Source: Candidatus Poribacteria bacterium
GTDB taxonomy: Bacteria > Poribacteria > WGA-4E > WGA-3G
NCBI GenBank assembly: GCA_965197475.1
Contig: CBDANF010000002.1
Location: 1,280,001 to 1,344,000 of the forward strand
Direction: 5' to 3'
DNA: 64,000 bases
In this document: positions 10,201-17,365 of the stretch, piece by piece
How the letters are laid out: each line of letters opens with the position of its first letter
How positions within the stretch are numbered: position 1 is the first letter of the stretch
Made by a program: the position numbers and the translations under genes
Notes under the pieces: model-generated
Database searches by the model: none
Told to the model about the DNA's origin: nothing
What the model saw: only the letters and a program-made list of their open reading frames with translations

Positions 10201-10837
10201 AAGTAATTCCAGAACTTGCATCCGCCGTTCTCTTGGTCAATGCGCCTACACCCGCTAACGTAACACCGTAAACAGGGGGAACGTCCGATGTCGCTTTTTG
10301 GGTATAGATGTAATCACCTGAAGTTCCAAAATCGCTATTAGCGGCGTTTCCTGCGGCGTAAAACGTAATAGGTCCAATATCGGTAGCGGGGGCAGTCCAT
10401 TTAAAGGTCCACTGGTTTTTGTCTCTTGTTCCCTGTGCACTTCCAGCAGAGGTATGTTTAATATATTGTTTACTGTTTTCTTCTGATAATTGTGTATTCC
10501 CATCCGCTGCAGCAAAAGTGCCAGCGCGCGCGTTGTTCCTGTTCAGTGCTGTCATCTCAAATCCCCACTTACTCTGTCCAGCACGTGATAATTCGACAAC
10601 AATATCATACACCTCACCCGGCAAATAGTTCTCAGGAACTGTTAACATCAGTGAACCACCAGAGGCGTTAAGGGTATTGCCAACGTGGCATTGTGTACAG
10701 TTGCCTTCACCATGAGCACCTGTTAATTTATTTGGTGGACCATTACCAAAAGAAAAAGCAAATACACTACTATTGCTTGCAAGAAAAAAGAGTGCAAGCA
10801 TTGTCCAAATAGGAAAGATTTTTTTCAGATAATTCAA
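4256..10837 (-). CDS. Giant secreted protein: Reeler-like (choice-of-anchor V type) domain with CxxCH, 18 Ig-like (NEW3-like) repeats of about 107 aa, C-terminal dockerin-like domain
   Basis: Signal peptide; GNCTQCH, WGFEMTA, WTFKWTAP, FYAAGNAANSD; 18 VYG...TNTGNTDD...ATSQGD units; tail DLNADGKVNIQDLVLVA...GDVNMDGKVDIRDL. Start set at TTG 10837 behind AAAGGAG (track start is 10891). Confidence 0.85.
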   Translation of the reverse strand: MNYLKKIFPIWTMLALFFLASNSSVFAFSFGNGPPNKLTGAHGEGNCTQCHVGNTLNASGGSLMLTVPENYLPGEVYDIVVELSRAGQSKWGFEMTALNRNNARAGTFAAADGNTQLSEENSKQYIKHTSAGSAQGTRDKNQWTFKWTAPATDIGPITFYAAGNAANSDFGTSGDYIYTQKATSDVPPVYGVTLAGVGALTKRTADASSGITYTIKVTNIGNTDDVISLSSSGSVSASLSRTSVSLAAGASANVTLTVPGTALAKAGDYTVKVKATSRGDSTKTAEVTTTTTILSVYGVTLGIDALTKKTEDASEGVTYTLKVTNTGNTTDTIRLATSGDATATLSRTSISLAAGVSAEVTLTVSGSALAKAGNYKVKVTATSQGNTMKTADVLTTTTILSVYGVTLVGVGDLTTETADASEGVAYTLKVTNTGNTDDMIDLSTSGDVAASLNETSVSLAAGASAEVMLTISGDALAIAGDYEVKVTATSQGDDTKMAEVSTKTTILPVYGVTLVGVGDLATETFDAGEGVSYMLTVTNTGNTDDMIDLSTSGDVAASLNETSVSLAAGASAEVTLTVSGDVLAKAGDYEVKVTATSQGDTEKMAEVSTKTTILPVYGITLAGVGDLITETADASEGVTYTLTVTNTGNTDDMIDLSTSGDVAASLNETSVSLAAGASAEVMLTISGDALAIAGDYEVKVTATSQGDDTKMAEVSTKTTILPVYGVTLVGVGDLATETFDAGEGVSYMLTVTNTGNTDDMIDLSTSGDVAASLNETSVSLAAGASAEVMLTISGDALAKAGDYEVKVTATSQGDTEKMAEVSTKTTILPVYGITLAGVGDLATETSDAGEGVSYMLTVTNIGNTDDMIDLATSGDVAATLSETSVSLAPNASAEVTLTVSGDALAIAGDYEVKVTATSQGDDTKIVEVSTKTTILPVYGVTLAGVGDLTIETSDAGKGVGYTLKITNISNTDDVIDLTTSGDIAATLSQTIVSLAAGASAEITLTISGDALAIAGDYEVKVTATSQGNNTKSSEVSTTTTILPVYGVTLSGVDELTTKTADAGEGVSYTLAVTNIGNTDDVINLTTTDDATLSETSISLAPNASAEVVLTISGDALATAGDYEVKVTATSQGDTEKMAEVSTKTTILPVYGITLAGVGDLATETSDAGEGVSYMLTVTNIGNTDDMIDLATSGDVAATLSETSVSLAPNASAEVTLTVSGDALAIAGTYEVKVTATSQGDNTKTAEITTATTILPVYGVTLAGVGDLITETADASEGVSYMLKITNTGNTDDMIDLATSGDVAVTLSETSVSLAPNISAEVTLTVSGDALAIAGDYEVKVTATSQGDNTKSSEVSTTTTILPVYGVTLSGVDELTTKTADAGEGVSYTLAVTNIGNTDDMIDLATSGDVAATLSETSVSLAPNASAEVTLTVSGDALAIAGDYEVKVTATSQGDTEKTAEVSTKTTILPVFGVTLAGVDRLTKETIDASAGVSYTLRVTNTGNTNDTISLSASGDASATLSQTAVSLGAGASAEIILTVSDDVLATAGAYEVKVTATSQGDATKTAEISTTTTISILPVYGITLAGVGDLTTETSDVGEDVSYTIAVSNIGNTDDVIDLVASGDVTATLSQTAVSLGANASAEVTLTISGSALTIFGDYEVKVTATSQGDTTETAEITTTTTLIPVYGITLAGVGDLTTETADAGEGVSYTIAVTNTGNTDDVLDLATSGDASATLSETSVSLAAGTSAEIILTVSDDVLATAGAYEVKVTATSQGDGTKTADISTTTTILPVYDVTLVGVGDLTTETADAGEGVSYTIAVTNTGNTDDVLDLATSGDASATLSETSVSLAAGTSAEIILTISGDALAKAGDYEVKVMATSQGDDTKIVEVSTKTTILPVYGVTLAGVGDLTTETADASEGVTYTLKVTNTGNTDDMIDLATSGDVAATLSETSVSLAPNASAEVTLTVSGDALAIAGTYEVKVTATSQGDNTKTAEITTATTIPPVYGVMLQDEGELKGATMDMFAGVSYTITVTNTGNIDDTVVLGSSAEIGIEGSVLGSFSESDDQEIPTSQLKIELAPGASAEVTFIAAGDFFTKLGEYEIKVIATSKGDSTKTAEITTATTIEPVPWDLNADGKVNIQDLVLVANQFGESGEELSGDVNMDGKVDIRDLVQVASYFGKTQAEIVQANQ
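4455..10275 (-). repeat. Intragenic tandem array, about 321-bp period, 18 units with near-identical mosaic copies
   Basis: For example the sequence at 9361 recurs at 8719 (642-bp two-unit duplication). Confidence 0.9.
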
Positions 10838-10860
10838 AACGTCTCCTTTGCATATACGCG

Positions 10861-10934
10861 AAAAAACGCCCCCGCCGCCGACGCTAATCAACAGTAGATT
10901 CGCGCTCGGATAAACCGGCAGTCGGGGCGTTTTT
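10861..10934. terminator. Long intercistronic stem-loop (AAAACGCCCC...GGGGCGTTTT), terminator-like or RNA-stabilising
   Basis: Inverted repeat flanked by A/T runs between the two co-oriented surface-protein genes. Confidence 0.55.
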
Positions 10935-10958
10935 GTTATTGCGTTTTAGTTGCTAAAC

Positions 10959-13703
10959 CTACTTGAGGATAACCATGCGACGGGTAGCAGAGAAGTTCTC
11001 TGTTTGGAGGACATAGAAATAGATGCCACTCGAAACAGGTTCACCCGCGTCATTTTTACCATCCCAATAAGCTGCAGTCGAACTCGTCATATATAAACCA
11101 GTTGACTTATGACCTAAGCTTAGCGTCCGAACTGAATGACCGGAAACATCATAAATCTCAATCGTTACGTTGGTGTCACGACTCAGCTGATAAGGTATCC
11201 AAGTCTCAGGGTTGAAAGGATTCGGGAAGTTTTGTCCCAGAATCGTGTCTTTAGGACGCACATCGCCAACTCGCATCTGGACACTCATATAGGCGTTGTG
11301 GATATCCGTAGTTTGGACGGTGCGTTGGAACGGCCCGGACACAATAGTCCCGCGTTCGTCAAGGAGTGCGATCTCAACTTTATCGCCAGCTTCAACGACA
11401 CTCTTATAGTTCGAGTCTGCCCATACAGCAGTGACGCGTCCATCTTCACTGGTAACTTTTTGTGTTGCGACAACTCCTGTGCGGAGGTTTTTGGCAACCA
11501 TTGTGTAAGATGCACCGGTCTCTTTATCTTTCAAGGCACTTGTAATGATAAACGCCCAAGCATCTTTAGCAGTGGTAAGTTTTGGTGCAGCAGCGGCATC
11601 TTCCTCAGCCATTTCAGTCATTTCCGGCATTTCAGCTGGTGGGTTAGCCCACGCTGTACCACTAAATGTTACCGTTCCGCCAGTAGGTGTATTGACAATA
11701 TACCCTTTCCCACCTTCAATACCGAAATTGTAGCCACCTTCAATGCCAGCAACATATCCTACAAATTCTTGTGTTGCTGCGTTTAACTTGATGACAACTG
11801 TTGAACCTAACATCTCCGCAAGAGATTGTGCAGTATAGGGTTCTGTCGGCATCAACGGAACAGAGATCATGTTTAATCCCGCTTCAAATGTGACATCATA
11901 AGTAGGTAAAGGTGGTGGCATCGGTTCTTCAGGTAATACCGGTACTTCAACTACAGGTGTGATCATCAAAAGTGCTGTCGGTTCTGTCCAAGCAAATGCT
12001 TCGCCTACATCACCAACACCTTGGATACCAGCATGCGGTGTAATTACGCCACCTACTGTCGGCACACGTGCATTGCTACCCATCGGATCAGCATCCGCAG
12101 GTAAACCGACTGGACCAGGAATATCAGTCCCACGTTCGGTATTTTGTTCACTACCTGCGTCATAAGACCTCAATCCCAATGTTGTGGAAATAGGCATAGC
12201 AGCTGCATCATAGAGTGGTAAGTCAGCAACCCCGATAAATGCGTCATTTGTTGAGACCAACATTGTTGCAAGAGAGAGCGAAGAGTTCATGGCATCTGCT
12301 GTTAGACGAACGGTAACAGACGCGCTGGGATCAATAAGCCCCTCAGTGGCAGCAGCGTTTGCTCCTACAGCGGTGGCAAGTGCAGCAAGTCCTGAGGGAT
12401 CGCCATTTTCAGCAAGGAGGACAAGTGCCTCCGTAGCAGGTTGACCAACTTCGTATATCTTGGCACCAGCGGCGTGCGTTGAAAAGATCGGTGGTGAGAA
12501 GATTTGTCCACCCATACCATGCTCACCTGTGGTGAGGTTGGTCAGGGTAATCTCAAACATTTGGGGTTGGGGTTCGGGAACTATAATCGTTGTAGTCGTT
12601 GATACCGCAGCAGTTTTTTCCGCATCCCCTTGCGAAGTGGCGGTAACCGTAACTTCGTAAGCACCCGCTGTTGCTAAGGCATCATCGGAAATAGTCAATG
12701 TTACATCCGCTGAAGCACCAGCAGCAAGTGATATAGAGGTTTGATTTAATGTAGCAGTCGCATCGCCTGAAGTAGTCAGGCTTATTGTATCGTTTGTATT
12801 ACCGGTGTTTGTCACTCGTAGCATATAACTGACACCATCACCAGTATACACTGTTTCGGTTGTCAACTCACCCACACCAGATAACGATACACCGTAGACA
12901 GGGAGAATCGTTGTAGTCGTTGATACCACAGCAGTTTTTTCCGCATCCCCTTGTGAAGTGGCGGTAACCTTAACTTCGTAAGCACCCGCTGTTGCTAAGG
13001 CATCACCGGAAATAGTCAATGTTACATCCGCTGAAGCATCAGCAGCAAGTGATATAGAGGTTTGACTTAATGTAGCAGTCGCATCGCCTGAAGTAGCCAG
13101 GCTTATCGTATCGTCTGTATTACCGGTGTTTGTCACTCGTAGCGTATAACTGACACCATCTCCAGCATCCGCTGTTTCGGTTGTCAACTCACCCACACCA
13201 GATAACGATACACCGTGAACAGGGACAGTAACCGAACCATCTGCGGTTGTTACTTCCAATTCATCACTACCGGCATCGGAAATGAGAACATCTGTCAAGG
13301 TGATAGCGGACGCTTTTACCTCAACGACTTCAAACGTTACCGTAGCGAGTGTGCCGTCCCCATCCTGAGCAGCACCAAGCGTAATGAATTGGATGCTACT
13401 ATCAGAGGCAAGTCCACTAGGTGATACACTCGGGAAAGCTGCTAGATAATCCGCGTTGTAAGCACTGGAAATATATTTGAGCGCAGTTGGATCAAAGTTT
13501 AAGGTTACTTGGTAACCAGCAACATCTTCACCACCAGCAATATTAATATTCACGGTGAGTTGTTCACCTACCGCCGGGGATTCAATTGTAGCGGGATCAA
13601 CAGAAACGGTGGCTGCACCGTAACTCATCGCTGTCCATCCCAAACACATTACAACAGCCATCAAGAAAAAAAACATTTTCCTGTTAAAAAGCTGATTATT
13701 CAT
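10959..13703 (-). CDS. Secreted protein: cohesin-like domain, 2 Ig-like repeats, Spondin_N domain, FlgD-Ig/T9SS-like C-terminal domain
   Basis: VAGYQVTLNFDPTALKY...GDGTLATVTFEVV (cohesin); FSPPIFSTH, LAENGD, MLVSTNDAF, YDAGSEQN (spondin); QNFPNPFNPETWIPYQL...WDGKNDAGEPVSSGIYFY...RRMVILK. Start at MNNQ behind AAGGAG. Confidence 0.85.
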   Translation of the reverse strand: MNNQLFNRKMFFFLMAVVMCLGWTAMSYGAATVSVDPATIESPAVGEQLTVNINIAGGEDVAGYQVTLNFDPTALKYISSAYNADYLAAFPSVSPSGLASDSSIQFITLGAAQDGDGTLATVTFEVVEVKASAITLTDVLISDAGSDELEVTTADGSVTVPVHGVSLSGVGELTTETADAGDGVSYTLRVTNTGNTDDTISLATSGDATATLSQTSISLAADASADVTLTISGDALATAGAYEVKVTATSQGDAEKTAVVSTTTTILPVYGVSLSGVGELTTETVYTGDGVSYMLRVTNTGNTNDTISLTTSGDATATLNQTSISLAAGASADVTLTISDDALATAGAYEVTVTATSQGDAEKTAAVSTTTTIIVPEPQPQMFEITLTNLTTGEHGMGGQIFSPPIFSTHAAGAKIYEVGQPATEALVLLAENGDPSGLAALATAVGANAAATEGLIDPSASVTVRLTADAMNSSLSLATMLVSTNDAFIGVADLPLYDAAAMPISTTLGLRSYDAGSEQNTERGTDIPGPVGLPADADPMGSNARVPTVGGVITPHAGIQGVGDVGEAFAWTEPTALLMITPVVEVPVLPEEPMPPPLPTYDVTFEAGLNMISVPLMPTEPYTAQSLAEMLGSTVVIKLNAATQEFVGYVAGIEGGYNFGIEGGKGYIVNTPTGGTVTFSGTAWANPPAEMPEMTEMAEEDAAAAPKLTTAKDAWAFIITSALKDKETGASYTMVAKNLRTGVVATQKVTSEDGRVTAVWADSNYKSVVEAGDKVEIALLDERGTIVSGPFQRTVQTTDIHNAYMSVQMRVGDVRPKDTILGQNFPNPFNPETWIPYQLSRDTNVTIEIYDVSGHSVRTLSLGHKSTGLYMTSSTAAYWDGKNDAGEPVSSGIYFYVLQTENFSATRRMVILK

Positions 13704-13891
13704 ATAAACACTCCTTACTAAATTCATTTACTATTGTGACGTTTTCTCTACCTTTCGGTACAGGTTTAAATTTCTCGCTTGAGGAGAGGTTTCACAAGAA
13801 ACCTAAGAGGCATCATTCGTATCAACGTATCACCACTCTATGCACAAAGGCAAATCGCTCAAACGTAGTTATACACTTAACAGATACGTTT

Positions 13892-13920
13892 ATTCTAACT
13901 TAAAAACGTTGTCAAGTCAA
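13892..13920 (-). promoter_or_regulatory. Sigma70-type promoter for the surface-protein operon
   Basis: TTGACT-17 nt-TAGAAT on the minus strand, about 190 nt upstream of the start codon. Confidence 0.55.
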
Positions 13921-14014
13921 ATTAGATTTCAAATAGAACAATTCGGTAAATTGGAACAATCTATTCTTAATTATACTACAAATAACAGAAATAACGCAAA
14001 TTAAAAAACATCTC

Positions 14015-14647
14015 TTATTGAGGCACGCGCGGAGCAAGTTGATTCCAAACATCACCTAACTCTGAAACGGCTTTATAAACGGGATAGAGTGCATCCTACA
14101 TCGCTTGACGGGCAGCAGTAGCAGCCTGCTCATCATTTTCGGCAACGGCAGTTCTGAATTGATGTCCCATCTCCTCTTGAACCGCCACACACGTTTGTGT
14201 AAGTTCCGCAAGTTGTTGTACTGCCTGTATCTGGCGCGTAACCAATTCCGAAACGGGTACCTGCATATCGGGTTCCACATCATAAGCACTCGCTGGTGCA
14301 AAATTGTGTGGCACCCTCTCGCCATCTACAGTTCGTGGTGTGTGTGTCGGATGGATATGCGGTGTGACAGACAGATACATCGTCATCGGTTCGTCACCGA
14401 GCACACGCACCTGGTGTGGTTGATCGGCTAAAGCAACACACATCTGTCCTGGTCCCAACTCCTCTGTTTCACCGTCAATCTCAAATTCGACGCGCCCTTC
14501 CAAAATCAGGAAAATCTCATGTCCAAGGTCATGACTATGTAGTTGAGCACACTGTCCGGGTTCCATTTTTAAGAAACGCGAGCGAATCTGTGGTGTCACC
14601 AGAACGTTTCGGACATCTGTGCAATAGTCGTAAACAGGAAATCCCAT
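14015..14647 (-). pseudogene. Cupin-domain protein with an in-frame TAG at 14096-14098
   Basis: Cupin motif HSHDLGHEIFLILEG...PHQV; after RQAM* the frame continues DALYPVYKAVSELGDVWNQLAPRVPQ* to 14015. The shorter 183-aa product could still be functional. Confidence 0.6.
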
Positions 14648-14763
14648 TGTGTTCTCCGAATTTGCTTTAACTCAAGTATGCCATTTTTTGAGAAAAATGG
14701 CAAGATAAAATAATAGAGACACAGGGCATTTATAGTACATTTATAGTAAATGCGATAAAAAAT

Positions 14764-14793
14764 TTGACTTCTACCCATAAGATAGGGTATAAT
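14764..14793 (+). promoter_or_regulatory. Sigma70-type promoter of the his operon
   Basis: TTGACT-18 nt-TATAAT just upstream of the leader peptide. Confidence 0.6.
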
Positions 14794-14826
14794 ATATCAG
14801 AAAATAAATATTATGCCAAACACGTT

Positions 14827-14874
14827 ATGTTAACGCTATTTTTCTGCATCCATCATCATTCGATCCATTTCTAA
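14827..14874 (+). CDS. hisL: His operon leader peptide MLTLFFCIHHHSIHF
   Basis: 15-aa ORF with four His codons (three consecutive CAT) directly upstream of hisZ-hisG-hisS. Confidence 0.8.
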   Translation: MLTLFFCIHHHSIHF

Positions 14875-15030
14875 GTAGGGCGGATTAGAATGATGTGATG
14901 GTTATCTCATATATTCATAATGGACACGAAGCAAGCGAAACTTGCTTGAATCCTGGTAAACTAACCGCTCTCCTCAACGCCGGTCTATCGGCACGTTGAG
15001 ATTAGTGGTTTTTTGTTTGCCTTTTTTTTG
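14848..15030 (+). promoter_or_regulatory. Ribosome-mediated transcription attenuator
   Basis: CCATCATCATTC (His codons) can pair with GAATGATGTGATGG; downstream hairpin AACCGCT..CTCAACG..CGTTGAG..AGTGGTT is followed by T runs. Confidence 0.7.
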
Positions 15031-15093
15031 AATGCATCTTGGGAACAGATAGGTAAATCCGTTCGCATCTCATTTTATTAGGAGCAACACATA

Positions 15094-16527
15094 ATGGAAA
15101 AGTTTACGAAACCCGCCGGAACAAACGATTTTCTAGCCGAACAGATGGTTCAACGAAATTTCGTTGAAAATATCGTTCGTGAAGTATATGAAAGTTACGG
15201 GTACGCACAGATTCAGACACCACTGTTTGAATCCTTCGCACTTTTATCCGCACAATCCGGCGAAGAGATACGTCACAAAATGTTTACGTTTGTTGGTCCA
15301 GATAGGGTAGATTATGCACTGAGACCTGAACTCACCGCACCCGTTTGTCGAATTATTGCAAATGGTGACCTACAACATTTGCCTTATCCTTATAAACTCT
15401 ATTACATCGGACAGTGTGTGCGTCAGGAACCGAAAACTGACAATCCAGAGGTGAGGCGCGAATTTCGACAGGCAGGAGTAGAACTGATCGGACCTGCATC
15501 AACACTTGCAGACGCAGAGATTATTACACTACCGGTTCGGATTCTTGAAAAGCTCAATATTTCGCAGACGAAGTTGAAAATCGGCAATACTGGTATCTTC
15601 CGTGAGATTTTTAAACAGGTTGCACTTGATCCGAAAGATCATAGTGAAGTGATATTGGACATTGATCACCTTGCGCGGCTGCAGGTGGAAAGCCAACTTT
15701 TGGACATGGAGACGCTTCGCGATGAACTGAATATGTTGCGGCGTTTGCAAGGAACTGACTACCAAGGTGACCACAAGATTGAGACATCTACTATTCAGGA
15801 GTTAACAGAAAACAACACCACTACTTGGACAGAGAAGTTACCGATGATTGCTGAAGAAACCTATAAAGCGAGATGGCACAGATATTTCAATATATCAGAG
15901 GAGATAGCGCAGCGTTGTATTGATGTCTCAAAGATCAGCGGTAATAAGGATGTTGTCATGGCAGCGTGGGACACGTGTCTCGGTGATACTGCACAGGAAG
16001 TTCGCGAAGAGCTGCGGACACTTTGCGAATGTTTGGAAAACTACGAAATTAACGATTTTGAAATTAATCTGGGTATCACGCGCGGGTTTGATTTCTATAC
16101 TGGAACAGTTTTTCAGATTGAGTTACAGGATAAGAATCTTCCAATTTGCGGCGGTGGAAGATACGACCATTTGATCGAAAGTTTTGGCGGACCATCACTA
16201 CCGGGGGCAGGATTTGCATTCCAATTTGATTCACTGATGGAGGCATTTGCTGAAACACAGCGCGAACCTATTCAAGCGAAAAAGGATTACTTTGTCGCAA
16301 CAACTTCTGCTGATCTTATCCCTGAGGCACAACGTCTTGCTGAAACATTGAGACGATCCGGCAAGATCGTAGAAGTAGATCTAATGGATCGCGACCTGCA
16401 AGCACAGCATGACTACGCTGCGCTTGCAAATTACGATTATCTGGTCCGCTTAGCCTCAAATGAACCGATGTGTAAAACGGATCTGAAAACTGGTAACACA
16501 GAAGAGGTTACTATCAAAGACCTTTAA
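15094..16527 (+). CDS. hisZ: ATP phosphoribosyltransferase regulatory subunit (HisRS paralog)
   Basis: LRPELTAPVCR, REFRQAGVELIG, RGFDFYTG, GGGRYDHL; sits upstream of a short hisG, with a canonical hisS following. Confidence 0.8.
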   Translation: MEKFTKPAGTNDFLAEQMVQRNFVENIVREVYESYGYAQIQTPLFESFALLSAQSGEEIRHKMFTFVGPDRVDYALRPELTAPVCRIIANGDLQHLPYPYKLYYIGQCVRQEPKTDNPEVRREFRQAGVELIGPASTLADAEIITLPVRILEKLNISQTKLKIGNTGIFREIFKQVALDPKDHSEVILDIDHLARLQVESQLLDMETLRDELNMLRRLQGTDYQGDHKIETSTIQELTENNTTTWTEKLPMIAEETYKARWHRYFNISEEIAQRCIDVSKISGNKDVVMAAWDTCLGDTAQEVREELRTLCECLENYEINDFEINLGITRGFDFYTGTVFQIELQDKNLPICGGGRYDHLIESFGGPSLPGAGFAFQFDSLMEAFAETQREPIQAKKDYFVATTSADLIPEAQRLAETLRRSGKIVEVDLMDRDLQAQHDYAALANYDYLVRLASNEPMCKTDLKTGNTEEVTIKDL

Positions 16528-16583
16528 AATGGATGTAGACGAATACGATAAACCTTCCTATATCAAAAGCGAGGAAACCGATT

Positions 16584-17354
16584 ATGGAAACAGAAAGGAT
16601 ATTGAATCTACTTTTGCCGAAAGGCACCATACAGTCTGAAACACTTGAGACGTTTCAGCGCGCAGGCTACGAATTAAACGGATACAAGTCAACCGATCGG
16701 TCTTATCGTGCTACCTTTCAAAACGATAGCGAATTCCAGATAAAGATTTCTCGTCCGCAAGAGATACCGGTTTATGTTGGCATGGACAATTTTTATGATT
16801 TGGGAATCACTGGACAAGATTGGGTTGAAGAGACCGATGCGGATGTTGAGGAGATGCTGCCGTTGGACTATGGGTTTGTTAGTATTGTTCTTGCTGTTCG
16901 CGAGGAACGGAAGGACATCAATACTTTCACGGATTTGGTGAACCTTGCGGATAGAAACATTCGCATTTCTACGGAATATCTGAACATCGCGGAGAAATAT
17001 ATCCTTGAAAAGACAGAAAACCGCGTAGCACCTGCGATTTTAACCCCGTGGAAGCGATTGAACACCCTCGGCACTTATCAGTCCCCCATCACACTTATGC
17101 TATCTTTCGGCGCAACAGAGGGGAAACCACCTGAAGAAGCGGATGCTATCATTGATAATTGTAGTTCAGCGCGCACGTTGCAGGCAAACCATCTCAAGAT
17201 AATTGAAGTGCTACGAGAATCTGAATCTACTCTGATTGCAAACCCGAAGTCTCTCAAGGAACCCTGGAAACGCGAAAAAATTGATGAACTGAAGCAGACG
17301 TTAGAAAAAGGATTGCGGAGACGGCGAAGTCAAGCACTTCCCGGACACATTTAA
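16584..17354 (+). CDS. hisG: ATP phosphoribosyltransferase, short form
   Basis: LPKG, RPQEIPVYV, DLGITGQDW, STEY, GATE, ADAIID; no C-terminal regulatory domain. Confidence 0.92.
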   Translation: METERILNLLLPKGTIQSETLETFQRAGYELNGYKSTDRSYRATFQNDSEFQIKISRPQEIPVYVGMDNFYDLGITGQDWVEETDADVEEMLPLDYGFVSIVLAVREERKDINTFTDLVNLADRNIRISTEYLNIAEKYILEKTENRVAPAILTPWKRLNTLGTYQSPITLMLSFGATEGKPPEEADAIIDNCSSARTLQANHLKIIEVLRESESTLIANPKSLKEPWKREKIDELKQTLEKGLRRRRSQALPGHI

Positions 17355-17365
17355 GGAGCAAAATT

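Noticed and set aside
4455-10275. Diversity-generating retroelement template/variable repeats
   Set aside because: Differences between copies are not adenine-specific and there is no reverse transcriptase.
10959-11250. Evidence for a true type IX secretion system
   Set aside because: Only a FlgD-like/T9SS-like tail is present; no T9SS machinery genes are in the window.
11136-13721. Plus-strand ORFs opposite the surface-protein gene, and similar short overlapping ORFs throughout
   Set aside because: Shadow ORFs of well-supported genes with no motifs.
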